NCBI GenBank assembly: GCA_963667785.2
Contig: CAXXMU010000006.1
Coordinates: 736,001 to 800,000 of the forward strand
DNA: 64,000 nt
Source: Alphaproteobacteria bacterium
GTDB taxonomy: Bacteria; Pseudomonadota; Alphaproteobacteria; UBA828
Reading direction: 5' to 3'
Shown here one piece after another: positions 31,557 through 40,979 of this stretch. Numbering within the stretch: the first letter of the stretch is position 1; each line of letters opens with the position of its first letter. Below the pieces are notes generated by a model, which did no database searches, was not told the origin of the DNA, and was given only the letters and a program-made list of their open reading frames with translations. The translations under genes and the position numbers were made by a program.

Positions 31557-33734
31557 ATGGCGCGAAACCCGGAACACGACATTCTGTTTGAGTCGGTCAA
31601 GGTCGGCCCAAAGACAACGAAGAACCGGTTCTGGCAGACGCCCCATTGCAACAGCGCAGGCTCGGACCGTCCCGGCACCCAGGCCGCCTTTCGCGGCATG
31701 AAGGCCGAAGGCGGTTGGGGCACCGTCTTCATCGAGTACACCGCGATCCACCCGGAATCGGACGATTCACCGCACTGGTCCGCGCGTCTCTGGGACGAGG
31801 GCGACGTCATCAGCCTGCGGCACGTCACCGACAGCATCCACGCGCACGGCGCGCTCGCCGGCGTCGAGCTCTATTACGCCGGCCTGCACTCTCAGAGCGG
31901 CGAGTCCCGCGCGATCAGCCGCGCACCGAGCCAGATGCCGTCGGAGGCGATTCCCCTGGCGAGCACCAGCGAGATGGACGAGGACGACATCCGGGCCGTC
32001 ATCCGGATGCACGTCGACGCCGCGATCCGGGCACGCGATGCGGGCTTCGACATCATCGAGAACCTGGTTTCGGATTCGATGATCGTGAATCAGTTCCTCC
32101 AGCCCTACTACAACAAGAGGACGGACAAGTACGGCGGCTCGCTCGAAAACCGCGCGCGTTTTGCACTGGAAATCGCGGAAGCGACCAAGAAGGCCGTCGG
32201 CGACGACTGCGCGGTGGGCTATCGCTACTCGGTCGACACCATGGACGGGGCGGACGGCCTCGAGGTCTGGGAAGACGGCATCGGCTTCATCGAGCTGCAC
32301 GAGAGGGAGGGCCTGTGCGACGTCTGGGACATGAAGGTCGGCCGCTACTCGGAGCTCGCGCTGGAAATCGCGGCCTCGCGCTCCACGGCCTCCAACTACA
32401 TGGCGCCGTGGATCAGGGAAGCCAAGAAGGCATGCAGCGTGCCCGTGGTCAGCGCCGGCCGCGTCACCAGCCCCGACGAGATGGTGCAGATCGTCAAGTC
32501 CGGGCAGGCCGACCTCATCGGCGCGGCGCGGCCCTCCATCGCCGACCCCTTCCTGCCCAACAAGATCGACGAAGGGCGGACCGACGACATCCGCGAGTGC
32601 ATCGGCTGCAACGTCTGCCTCTCCAAGTGGTGGCAGACGACGCCCCTCATCTGCACGCAGAACGCCACGTCGATGGAGGAGTACCGGCGCGGCTGGCACC
32701 CGGAGAAGTTCGAGCAGGCGAAGGACCCCTGCTCGGTCCTCGTGGTCGGCGCCGGGCCTGCCGGCATGGAGTGCGCGCGCGTGCTGGGGGAGCGGGGCTA
32801 CGACGTCCACCTGCGCGAGGCGACGGACGAGATCGGCGGCTGCATGCGCGACATCATGCGCTACCCCCATCTGGCCGAATGGGGCCGCGTCATCAGCTAC
32901 AGGCAGGGCCAGCTGGACAAGCTCAGGAACGTCGAGGTGCACACGGGCGTCGGCGAGATGAGCGCCGACGGCGTTCTGGAATACGGCGCCGACAAGGTGG
33001 TCTTCGCCACCGGCGCGCGGTGGTCGACGAACGGCCTCGGCGGCGTGACCATGGCCCCGCTCGACGGTGCCGACGCGGCGCTGCCGGAGATCAGCACGCC
33101 CGAGCAGATCATGGCCGGCAAGGAGACCGGCGAGCGGGTCGTCGTGCTCGACTACGAGGGCTATTACACCGGGGTGAGCATGGCGGAGCTGCTCGCCGAT
33201 CAAGGCAAGGACGTCACCATCGTGACCAGCTTCGACAATGTCGCGTCACACTGCATCTATACCGAGGAGATTCACGATATTCGCCGCATGTTGCACGAGA
33301 AGAACATCAAGCAACATACGCTGCACTGGGCGGACAAACTTGAGATCGGCAATGCAGTTAAGCTTACGATCTTCTACCTTTATCGGGACGGCTACGTTCG
33401 TACGTTGACGCCGAAGAAGGGCGAGTATTCGCGCCGGGCCGGCACCGAGACAACCGAGCTCGAGTGCGACAGTGTCGTCCTGTGCACGGCACGGCTCAGC
33501 AACGACGGGGTGTTCCGCGAGGTCAAGGCGCGCAGCGCGGAATGGGCCGGGCAGAGCATCCAGGCGGTCTACCGGGTCGGCGACTGCCACGCCCCGCGCA
33601 TCGTCGCCAACGCCATCTTCGACGGCCACCGGCTTGCCCGCGAGTTCGAATCGGCGGACCCGCAGCAGCCGCTGCCGTGGATCCGCGAGCGCCAGGTCTG
33701 GGGGCACGAGACGTTTCCCAAGCGGGTCGCCTGA
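31557..33734 (+). CDS. Trimethylamine-dehydrogenase-family iron-sulfur flavoprotein with atypical active site
   Basis: PHC (FMN-attachment Cys), KAEGGWG, RTDKYGGSLENRARF, CIGCNVC...C 4Fe-4S, VVGAGPAG. Confidence 0.9.
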   Translation: MARNPEHDILFESVKVGPKTTKNRFWQTPHCNSAGSDRPGTQAAFRGMKAEGGWGTVFIEYTAIHPESDDSPHWSARLWDEGDVISLRHVTDSIHAHGALAGVELYYAGLHSQSGESRAISRAPSQMPSEAIPLASTSEMDEDDIRAVIRMHVDAAIRARDAGFDIIENLVSDSMIVNQFLQPYYNKRTDKYGGSLENRARFALEIAEATKKAVGDDCAVGYRYSVDTMDGADGLEVWEDGIGFIELHEREGLCDVWDMKVGRYSELALEIAASRSTASNYMAPWIREAKKACSVPVVSAGRVTSPDEMVQIVKSGQADLIGAARPSIADPFLPNKIDEGRTDDIRECIGCNVCLSKWWQTTPLICTQNATSMEEYRRGWHPEKFEQAKDPCSVLVVGAGPAGMECARVLGERGYDVHLREATDEIGGCMRDIMRYPHLAEWGRVISYRQGQLDKLRNVEVHTGVGEMSADGVLEYGADKVVFATGARWSTNGLGGVTMAPLDGADAALPEISTPEQIMAGKETGERVVVLDYEGYYTGVSMAELLADQGKDVTIVTSFDNVASHCIYTEEIHDIRRMLHEKNIKQHTLHWADKLEIGNAVKLTIFYLYRDGYVRTLTPKKGEYSRRAGTETTELECDSVVLCTARLSNDGVFREVKARSAEWAGQSIQAVYRVGDCHAPRIVANAIFDGHRLAREFESADPQQPLPWIRERQVWGHETFPKRVA

Positions 33735-33827
33735 GCGCCCGGGAATGTCCTAGTATCGCGCAGACACGTCTTCCGCGATGCCGACGATGGCTCGGCTTAC
33801 GGGCCGACGAAGGAGAGGAGAGAGAGC

Positions 33828-34208
33828 ATGCTCGATTATGTGACGTTGAAGGACGAGGGCGGCCTGGAGCCGTGGCCGCCGCTGGAGGAGCTGCCGTTCG
33901 TGAACGTGCTCGACGGCAACCCGGTGCACGAGGGGCGTTTCGATCTCGGCGGCTTCGGCATGCGCACGATGGCAGGCGTGTGGCAGTGCACGCCGGGCAA
34001 GTTCGAGTACACCTATCCGGGTGACGAGATCTGCACCCTGCTTCAGGGCAAGATCCACGTGACCGAGCAGGACGGCACCACCCACACCTACACCGCCGGC
34101 GACATCTTCTACACGAACAAGGGCGAGACGGTGACCTGGGTGATCGAGGAGACCGTCCGCAAGGTGTTCTTCATTCACGATCCCGACGCCGAGCAGCTCG
34201 CCGCCTAG
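33828..34208 (+). CDS. Cupin (DUF861/EutQ-like)
   Basis: GVWQCTPGKF, DEICTLLQG, TVRKVF. Confidence 0.85.
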   Translation: MLDYVTLKDEGGLEPWPPLEELPFVNVLDGNPVHEGRFDLGGFGMRTMAGVWQCTPGKFEYTYPGDEICTLLQGKIHVTEQDGTTHTYTAGDIFYTNKGETVTWVIEETVRKVFFIHDPDAEQLAA

Positions 34209-34351
34209 GCGGCGGCTCCAAACCCATGTGGCGCCGCGCCGTGCGTTCACGCGCATGGCGCGCCTGCCGACGCACGGTCATTCGGTGGATGCAACGGGGC
34301 GCGCCTCCGCGGCGCTGCCCGCATTAGGTCATTAGGTGCAGGGAGGCAACG

Positions 34352-36430
34352 ATGGCCCGCGATCCCCGTTACGATACCCTGTTCACGCCGATCAAGATCG
34401 GCCCGAAGATCGCCAAGAATCGCTTCTATCAGGTGCCCCACTGCAACGCGATGGGCTACGGCGAGCACCACGGCGACGTCGCGCATCGGCGCATGAAGGC
34501 CGAAGGCGGCTGGGCCGTCATCTGCACCGAGCAATGCAGCATCCACCCGAGCTCCTGCGCGGCGCCCTACGGCGAGCGCCGGCTGTGGAACGACGAATAC
34601 GCGGAGCAGCTACGCGGCTGGGTGGACACCATGCACGAATACGGTGCCCTCGCGGCCGTCGAGCTGGTGCACAACGGGCTCGGTTTCTCCAACCGCAAGA
34701 CGAAGGAGTTTCCGCTCGGACCTTCGCCCAACATGGTGCACTACAACTGGGACCCGATCATGGGCCGCGAGATGGACAAGGCCGACATCCGCGAGTTCCG
34801 GCGCTGGCAGGTCGAGGCGGCGAAGCGCGCGGTCAACGTGGGCTACGACATCGTCTACGTCTATGCCGCCCACGACATCGCCCTGCCGCAGCACTTCCTC
34901 TCCCCCCACACCAATCATCGCACCGACGAGTATGGCGGCAGCGTCGAGAACCGCGCCCGCCTGATCGGCGAGCTCCTGGAGGACACCAAGGAGGCGGTCG
35001 GCGACCGCGCGGCGGTGGCGCTCAGGCTCGCGGTCGACGAGAACCGGGGCGAGCACGGCATCACCTGGCAGGAAGAAGGCCAGGCGGTGGTCGAGATGTT
35101 CTCCGACCTGCCCGACCTCTGGGACGTGAACATCAGCGACTGGGCCTACGATTCCGCCACGTCGCGATTCACCGACGAAGCCTTCCAGGAGCCCTACGTC
35201 GCCTTCGTCAAGCAGAAGACCGACAGGCCGGTCGTGACGGTGGGGCGCTACACCTCGCCGGACACCATGATCTCCCAGATCGATCGCGGCATCACCGACT
35301 TCATCGGCGCGGCGCGGCCCTCGATCGCCGATCCCTTCCTGCCCAGGAAGATCGAAGAGGGACGGAACGACGACATCCGCGAGTGCATCGGCTGCAACAT
35401 GTGCGTGGCCTCGGAGAACACGGTGAGCCTGTTCCGCTGCACGCAGAACCCGACCGCGGGCGAGGAGTGGCGGCGCGGCTGGCACCCGGAGACGATCGAG
35501 GCGAAGGGATCGGAGAGCGGCGTGCTCGTCGTCGGCGCCGGCCCGGCGGGCCTGGAGTGCGCGCGGGCGCTCGGGCAGCGGGGCTACACGGTTCACCTCG
35601 TCGAGGCGGAGGCCGACGTGGGCGGCCGCGTGATACGCGAGAGCGCGCTGCCCGGCCTCGCCGCATGGGGGCGCGTGCGCGACTACCGCGTCGGCCAGCT
35701 TGCGAAGATGAAGAACGTCGAGATGCACACGGGCGCGCGCCTCTCGGCGCAGGACGTGCTCGACTACGGCGCCGAGACCGTGGTCATCGCGACGGGCTCG
35801 CGCTGGCGCGGCGACGGCGTCGCCTACACCAACGCCCACGCCATTCCCGGGAGCGACGGCAAGAAGGTCTTCACCCCCGACGACGTGATGGACGGGAAGG
35901 GGCTCGAAGGCCCGGTCGTCGTGTTCGACGACGATCACTATTACATGGGCGGCGTCATCGCCGAGAAGCTCCGGGCCACGGGTCACGAGGTGACCATCGT
36001 CACGCCGCTGATGGAGCTCTCGCGCTGGTCGGAATACACCCTCGAGATGGAGAAGATCATGAGCCAGGTCCTCTCCATGGGGATCGAGCTGATCACTGAT
36101 CACAACATCGCTAACGTCGGCGACAACAGCATCGAAATCTACAACGTCTATCACGAAGAGAGACGGCAGCATCTCGGCTATCAGTCGCTCGTGCTCGCCA
36201 CCTCGCGCCTTCCGAACGACTCGCTCTACCGGGAGCTTGCGGCGGAGCCGGAGAAGCTGGAGAAGGCCGGCATCGCGACGCTCGCGCGCGTCGGCGACTG
36301 CGTGGCTGCCGGCACGATCCAGCATGCGGTCTACGAGGGCCATCGCTTCGCCCGCGAGCTCGACGCAGGCGCCGTCGCCGACGTGCCCTACAAGGTGGAG
36401 TACGTGCAACTGGAACGCGCCATCGCCTGA
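34352..36430 (+). CDS. Histamine-dehydrogenase-like member of the TMADH family
   Basis: NRFYQVPHCNAMGY, CTEQ, YVYAAH, DLWD..SDW..DSATSRF, CIGCNMC, FDDDHYYMGGV. Confidence 0.88.
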   Translation: MARDPRYDTLFTPIKIGPKIAKNRFYQVPHCNAMGYGEHHGDVAHRRMKAEGGWAVICTEQCSIHPSSCAAPYGERRLWNDEYAEQLRGWVDTMHEYGALAAVELVHNGLGFSNRKTKEFPLGPSPNMVHYNWDPIMGREMDKADIREFRRWQVEAAKRAVNVGYDIVYVYAAHDIALPQHFLSPHTNHRTDEYGGSVENRARLIGELLEDTKEAVGDRAAVALRLAVDENRGEHGITWQEEGQAVVEMFSDLPDLWDVNISDWAYDSATSRFTDEAFQEPYVAFVKQKTDRPVVTVGRYTSPDTMISQIDRGITDFIGAARPSIADPFLPRKIEEGRNDDIRECIGCNMCVASENTVSLFRCTQNPTAGEEWRRGWHPETIEAKGSESGVLVVGAGPAGLECARALGQRGYTVHLVEAEADVGGRVIRESALPGLAAWGRVRDYRVGQLAKMKNVEMHTGARLSAQDVLDYGAETVVIATGSRWRGDGVAYTNAHAIPGSDGKKVFTPDDVMDGKGLEGPVVVFDDDHYYMGGVIAEKLRATGHEVTIVTPLMELSRWSEYTLEMEKIMSQVLSMGIELITDHNIANVGDNSIEIYNVYHEERRQHLGYQSLVLATSRLPNDSLYRELAAEPEKLEKAGIATLARVGDCVAAGTIQHAVYEGHRFARELDAGAVADVPYKVEYVQLERAIA

Positions 36431-36496
36431 TCGCCGGCCGTGACCGCAGCGAAGCATCCGGGGTACTGTCGCGCGTCCGGAGAGCGGGAGGAACAC

Positions 36497-37399
36497 ATGG
36501 ACACGGTGCGTTCAATCGACCGGCATGCATCCGCCGACGAGGCGATGGCGATCCTCGAGGAGGACGGCGCCGTCATCTACCGCCAGGTCGTCGATGACGA
36601 GGTGGTCGACCGGGTCAACGCGGAGCTCGAGCCCTTCATGTCGCGCGCCTACTTCGGCGAGGGGGAGTTCTGGGGGAACAAGACGAAGCGGGTCAGTTCC
36701 CTGGTGGCGAAGTCGAGGACCTACGGCGAGGAGCTCGCCGCGTGCCCGCAGATCCTCGGCGTGATGGATCGCCTGCTGCTGCCGCGCTGCGAGCGCTACC
36801 ACCTTCACGTCACCCAGGCGGTGCGGATCGGCCCCGGCCAGGGACTGCAGATCATCCATCGGGACGACGCGCTGATGCCCTTCCGCCACCCCGGACCGCA
36901 GTGCCTCTGCAACACGATGTGGGCGCTCACCGACTTCACCTACGAGAACGGCGCCACCAACGTGGTTCTCGGCAGCCACGTCTGGGACGACGACACCTAC
37001 CCCGACGACGACACCCCGAGGGCCTACGCCGTCATGCCGCGCGGCTCGTGCCTGATCTACCTGGGCTCGGTCTATCACGGCGGGGGCCGGAACAATACCG
37101 AGGACGAGTGGCGCACCGGCGCGATCACCGGCTACAGCCTGGGATGGCTGCGCCAGGAGGAGAACCAGTACCTCGCGGTCCCGCCGGCCGTCGCGAAGAC
37201 CCTGCGCGAGGACGTGCAGCACCTGATCGGCTATCACCTGCACGACTTCTTCCTGGGCTGGGTCGAGGGGCACAGTCCTCATATCGTGCTGGAGGATCGC
37301 TACAGCGATGTCATGCCGGCGGCGTCCGAAGGCGGCGAGTATGTCGACGATACCTACGTCTTCAAGACGGCGACGCTCGGCGAGCCGAGCAAGCACTGA
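36497..37399 (+). CDS. PhyH-family 2OG-Fe(II) dioxygenase
   Basis: HRDD, WALTDFTYENGAT, YHGGGRN, GWLRQEENQYL. Confidence 0.88.
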   Translation: MDTVRSIDRHASADEAMAILEEDGAVIYRQVVDDEVVDRVNAELEPFMSRAYFGEGEFWGNKTKRVSSLVAKSRTYGEELAACPQILGVMDRLLLPRCERYHLHVTQAVRIGPGQGLQIIHRDDALMPFRHPGPQCLCNTMWALTDFTYENGATNVVLGSHVWDDDTYPDDDTPRAYAVMPRGSCLIYLGSVYHGGGRNNTEDEWRTGAITGYSLGWLRQEENQYLAVPPAVAKTLREDVQHLIGYHLHDFFLGWVEGHSPHIVLEDRYSDVMPAASEGGEYVDDTYVFKTATLGEPSKH

Positions 37400-37530
37400 C
37401 GCAAGCATGCATCCGGGCGCAAGGGACGGCGGAGTCTTGCCGCTGAGTCCGGCGCCGGCGTAAGCTGATCGCGGCGAGTGACGGCGCGCCCCTGCTTCCG
37501 TGCGTGGGCCGATTACGGGAAGGCGAGACA

Positions 37531-37914
37531 ATGTCGACAACGCTCGAATCACAACGGCGCATGGTCAACCTCGACACGGCGGAGTTCGTTCCGTACGGAT
37601 TGCAAGGCTCAGAGCAGTCCGACCTGACCTGGTGCAATGTCAGCTACGACGAGGCGGAGGGCGGCGGCTGCTTCCTGATTCGCTTCAAGCCCGGCGGCAC
37701 CTCGATCCCTCACGAGCATGTCGGCTACGAGGAGTTCCTGGTTCTCGATGGCGAGATCGAGGACTGCGACGGCGCGATTTACAAGAAGAACGACCTCGTG
37801 TCCCTCAAGCCCGGCTCCAAGCACTTCTCGGTCTCGCACACCGGCTGCACGGTCGCGGTCTTCATCCGCGGCGGCTTCCGCACGCTGGAACAGGACGAGC
37901 CGGTCGATGGCTGA
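37531..37914 (+). CDS. ChrR-like cupin
   Basis: PHEHVGYEEFLVLDG, PGSKH. Confidence 0.85.
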   Translation: MSTTLESQRRMVNLDTAEFVPYGLQGSEQSDLTWCNVSYDEAEGGGCFLIRFKPGGTSIPHEHVGYEEFLVLDGEIEDCDGAIYKKNDLVSLKPGSKHFSVSHTGCTVAVFIRGGFRTLEQDEPVDG

Positions 37915-37923
37915 GCGCTAGCC

Positions 37924-38352
37924 GTGCAGGAGACGGCCCGGAGGGACGCGTCGCTTGCGTCCTATCGCACGATCGTGAACGTCGAGACCGCGGCCTTCGG
38001 GGCCGAGCCGCCCCATCGCATGAAACGCGCGGCGGACGCGGCGCGGCCGGTCTGCCCCACCGCCACCTACTGCAACATCAGCTACGACGCGGACGCGGGC
38101 GAAGGCTGTTACCTGGTCCGCTTCGCGCCCGGGGCCCGCTCGACGCCTCACGAGCACATCGGCCACGAGGAGTTCCTGGTGCTCCACGGGTCGCTGACCG
38201 ATTGCGACGGCACGGTCTACCGGCGCGACGACTTCGTCTCGCTGAAGCCCGGCTCGAAGCACGTCTCCGTCTCGGAAGACGGTGCCACGCTCCTGGTGTT
38301 CATCCGCGGCGGCTTTCGCGCGCTCGGCGAGAGCGAGGACGTTCACCGGTAG
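37924..38352 (+). CDS. ChrR-like cupin (tandem paralog)
   Basis: PHEHIGHEEFLVLHG, SLKPGSKH, FIRGGFR shared with the upstream cupin; start uncertain. Confidence 0.75.
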   Translation: MQETARRDASLASYRTIVNVETAAFGAEPPHRMKRAADAARPVCPTATYCNISYDADAGEGCYLVRFAPGARSTPHEHIGHEEFLVLHGSLTDCDGTVYRRDDFVSLKPGSKHVSVSEDGATLLVFIRGGFRALGESEDVHR

Positions 38353-38576
38353 AGCACTTTTCGTTTAGACACGATCGCAGCGCGTTGCTGCGGGTGCCGA
38401 TCCCGGTGCGGTGCGGGCCGAATCACCCCCACCTCACCCCGGCCCTCTCCGCCCCCAGGGGCGGAGAGGGAGAACGGGTGGCGCCGCCTGCGTTCCCCCT
38501 CCGCCTTTGGGGGAGGGGGACAGGGGGAGGTGGGAGTCAAGCCGTGGTGACCTCGTATGGTCGGATAATGCTCTAG
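38350..38576. mobile_element. TAGAGC-bounded MITE-like element beginning on the cupin stop codon
   Basis: Ends TAGAGCACTTTTCG and CGGATAATGCTCTAG are imperfect inverted repeats. Confidence 0.65.
38426..38534. repeat. boxC-like inverted pair nested inside the element
   Basis: CCCCACCTCACCCCGGCCCTCTCCGCCCCCAGGGGCGGAGAGGG ... CCCCCTCCGCCTTTGGGGGAGGGGGACAGGGGGAGGTGGG. Confidence 0.7.
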
Positions 38577-38600
38577 CGGTCGGCAGGGCGTCCCACCCCG

Positions 38601-40004
38601 CTATTCGGCTGCGTCGGCTTCGGCAAGCTCGGCGCTGAGCCTCTCGATCAGGGCGCGCTTGGCGTCGTCGTCGAGCTTCTTCAGCTCGTTGTTCATGGCG
38701 CGCTCGTTGACCGACTGGTTCCAGTAGTCCAGCGCCTCGAAGCCGAGCAGCGCCCACTTGCCGACGAACTGGCGCAGCACCTCGTTGGTCGGCCCCATGA
38801 TCCAACCGGCCTTGGCGTCCCGGACCACGCGCTCGATGACGAGGCTCTTCTTGTAGCCGGTGCCGCCGCAGGCGTTCAGCATGCGATCGGCGACCGTGTA
38901 GACGCACTTGCTCGCGATGTACTTGGCCTTCCAGCTCCAGGTCAGGAACTCCGAGCGGGGCAGCAGGTCCAGGTCGTCCTCGTGGATCGTCCAGTCGCAG
39001 TTGTTGGTGACCGCGTCCATCTGCTGGGCGACGGCGAAAGCGTAGACGCGCGACGCCTGGGTATCCATGATGGCATCGCCGAAATAGTCCTGAATGCTCG
39101 GATAGTCGCAGACGCGCATGCCGACATCCGCGTGGGTCTTGCGGGTCGCCTGCCGCTTGGCGAGGTCGATCGCGGCCATGCCGAGGCCGTTGTACGACGC
39201 GGCGAGCATCAGCAGGCCGATGGGGTCCAGGCCCTCGTCGTTGGAGCGGGCGCCGTCGCCGGGCGGGCCCACCATGCGATCGGTCGGCACCACCACGTCC
39301 GTGATCTCGATCGGCCCGGACTGATTGCCGCGCATGCCCATCGCGTCCCAGCTCGCCGGGTGCGCGACGATCTCGTCCGCGTAGATCAGGAACACGGAGA
39401 GGTCGGAGAAATCACCGTCGAAGTCCGGGCTGGTGGTCTGCGCCACGTAGAAGTCCGCGAACCCGCCCGACGTGGTCCACGAGGACTTCTTGTTGACCCG
39501 CCAGCCGCCGTCGACCCTCTCGGCCTTCGACGCCATCGGATACCAGAAGTGCGAGCCAGTCTCGGGGTCCGAGTAGGACGCGGTGCCGACGAAGACGTCG
39601 CGGTTCAGGCGCCGCAGGGTCTTCTGGATCTCGGGATTGCCGCCGGCGCGGAGCAGCAGCGCGCTGACCGCGAGCAGGTGCATGGTATAGACCAGCGCGG
39701 TGCTGGCGCAGCCGTAGCGGGCGATGGTCTCCAGCACCATGGTCACGCAGACGTGGTTCTGCCCCATGCCGCCGTATTTCTTCGGCACGTGAAGGGCGAG
39801 CAGATCCTGCGAGGCGAGCGCCTCCATGCTCTTGCGCGGAAAGATGCTGTCGCGGTCGCACTCGATGGCGTGCGGCGCGATCGTCGAGTGGCAGAGCTCG
39901 ATCAGGCGGGCCTGTATCTCCCGTTGCTCGTCGGTCAGATACCACTGCGGATCAAACTCATAGGACAGGCCGAAATAGGGCTCATCGCCCCACATCTTCG
40001 TCAC
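38601..40004 (-). CDS. Acyl-CoA dehydrogenase-fold flavoprotein (non-canonical)
   Basis: VPKKYGGMG, SYSDPETGS, KSSWTTSG, GMRGNQS, GGTGY..ERVVRDAK; GTG start with GGAG. Confidence 0.85.
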   Translation of the reverse strand: MTKMWGDEPYFGLSYEFDPQWYLTDEQREIQARLIELCHSTIAPHAIECDRDSIFPRKSMEALASQDLLALHVPKKYGGMGQNHVCVTMVLETIARYGCASTALVYTMHLLAVSALLLRAGGNPEIQKTLRRLNRDVFVGTASYSDPETGSHFWYPMASKAERVDGGWRVNKKSSWTTSGGFADFYVAQTTSPDFDGDFSDLSVFLIYADEIVAHPASWDAMGMRGNQSGPIEITDVVVPTDRMVGPPGDGARSNDEGLDPIGLLMLAASYNGLGMAAIDLAKRQATRKTHADVGMRVCDYPSIQDYFGDAIMDTQASRVYAFAVAQQMDAVTNNCDWTIHEDDLDLLPRSEFLTWSWKAKYIASKCVYTVADRMLNACGGTGYKKSLVIERVVRDAKAGWIMGPTNEVLRQFVGKWALLGFEALDYWNQSVNERAMNNELKKLDDDAKRALIERLSAELAEADAAE

Positions 40005-40187
40005 GGCGGATTCTCCATTCGTGGTCAAGCGCGATGCGACAGCGGCGCAGCATTCTAGCGAAAGTTTCAGTCGGCGCGATTCGGCACGTGGCGATGCCCC
40101 GCCTCGAATGAAGGTGGTATGCTGCGGTGCGGACCGAAGCCGACGCGAGGCGTTGCCCGCGCCGGTCGAGCCACGCCGGAGACGAAA

Positions 40188-40859
40188 GTGCCGCGCCGGT
40201 TCGACATTGCCCAGCTCAACATCAGCGGCGTCGCGGTGCTGACGCTGCTGGCCGGGCTGGTCGCCGCCGCCATCCTCGACCCGCCCTCCGAGAACCGCGT
40301 TCCGGAGATCACCGACGAAGACCGGCGGATCACCGCCTATCACGAGGCCGGTCATGCCTTGCTCGCCGCCCATCTCCCGGCCGGCGGAGACATCCTGCAC
40401 GTGACCATCGTCTCCCGCTGGGGCGTGCTCGGCAGCATGACCCGCGCTGCGGCGGACGGCGATATGGGCGACGATGCGTTGCGCGCGCGCAAGGAAGCGG
40501 AGCTCGTCATCGCGCTGGGCGGCCTGATCGCCGAGGCGATCGCCCGCGGCGACGGAGAGATGACGGACGCGATGACCTCCGACATCAAGGCGGCGGAGAG
40601 GATCGCCTTCGAGCTGCTGGGCGGCCCCGCCGCCGGCCTCACGGTCGCGAAAGCCGACGCCGGCGTGCGCCGTTCGATGGACGAGGCAGAACGCCGCGCC
40701 CGCGCCATTCTCGAGAGCCGCGAGGGGCAGCTTCACCGCCTCGCCGACGCTCTCCTGGAGCACGGCACGCTGGAGGCGGTCGACATTGCCCGCATTCTCG
40801 AGGGCGGCACGCCAAACCGGGAGTCGAGCGCGCGCCCCATCCCGTTCACCACTAGCTGA
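40188..40859 (+). CDS. Stand-alone peptidase M41 (FtsH protease domain) with N-terminal hydrophobic anchor
   Basis: GGAG-N6-GTG start; one hydrophobic segment; ITAYHEAGHA, VTIVSR, LGGLIAE, TSDI, LADALLEHGTL; no AAA+ domain. Confidence 0.75.
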   Translation: MPRRFDIAQLNISGVAVLTLLAGLVAAAILDPPSENRVPEITDEDRRITAYHEAGHALLAAHLPAGGDILHVTIVSRWGVLGSMTRAAADGDMGDDALRARKEAELVIALGGLIAEAIARGDGEMTDAMTSDIKAAERIAFELLGGPAAGLTVAKADAGVRRSMDEAERRARAILESREGQLHRLADALLEHGTLEAVDIARILEGGTPNRESSARPIPFTTS

Positions 40860-40877
40860 AGAAAGCGAACGCCGATC

Positions 40878-40939
40878 CGCGTCGCCGCACCGGTCTGCGG
40901 CGACGCGCAGACCATGACCGTGGTGAGAAATGCGGGCTA
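40878..40939 (-). repeat. Truncated family A element (terminal repeat plus hairpin)
   Basis: Reverse complement TAGCCCGCATTTCTCACCACGGTCATGGTCTGCGCG is identical to the start of the copy at 58435, then GCGTCGCCGCA/TGCGGCGACGC hairpin. Confidence 0.85.
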
Positions 40940-40979
40940 AGATCGCCGGCGGTTCCTGCGACGACAGAGGGGCGCGGCG

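Noticed and set aside
33225-33430. Diversity-generating retroelement variable region
   Set aside because: No template repeat or reverse transcriptase in the window.
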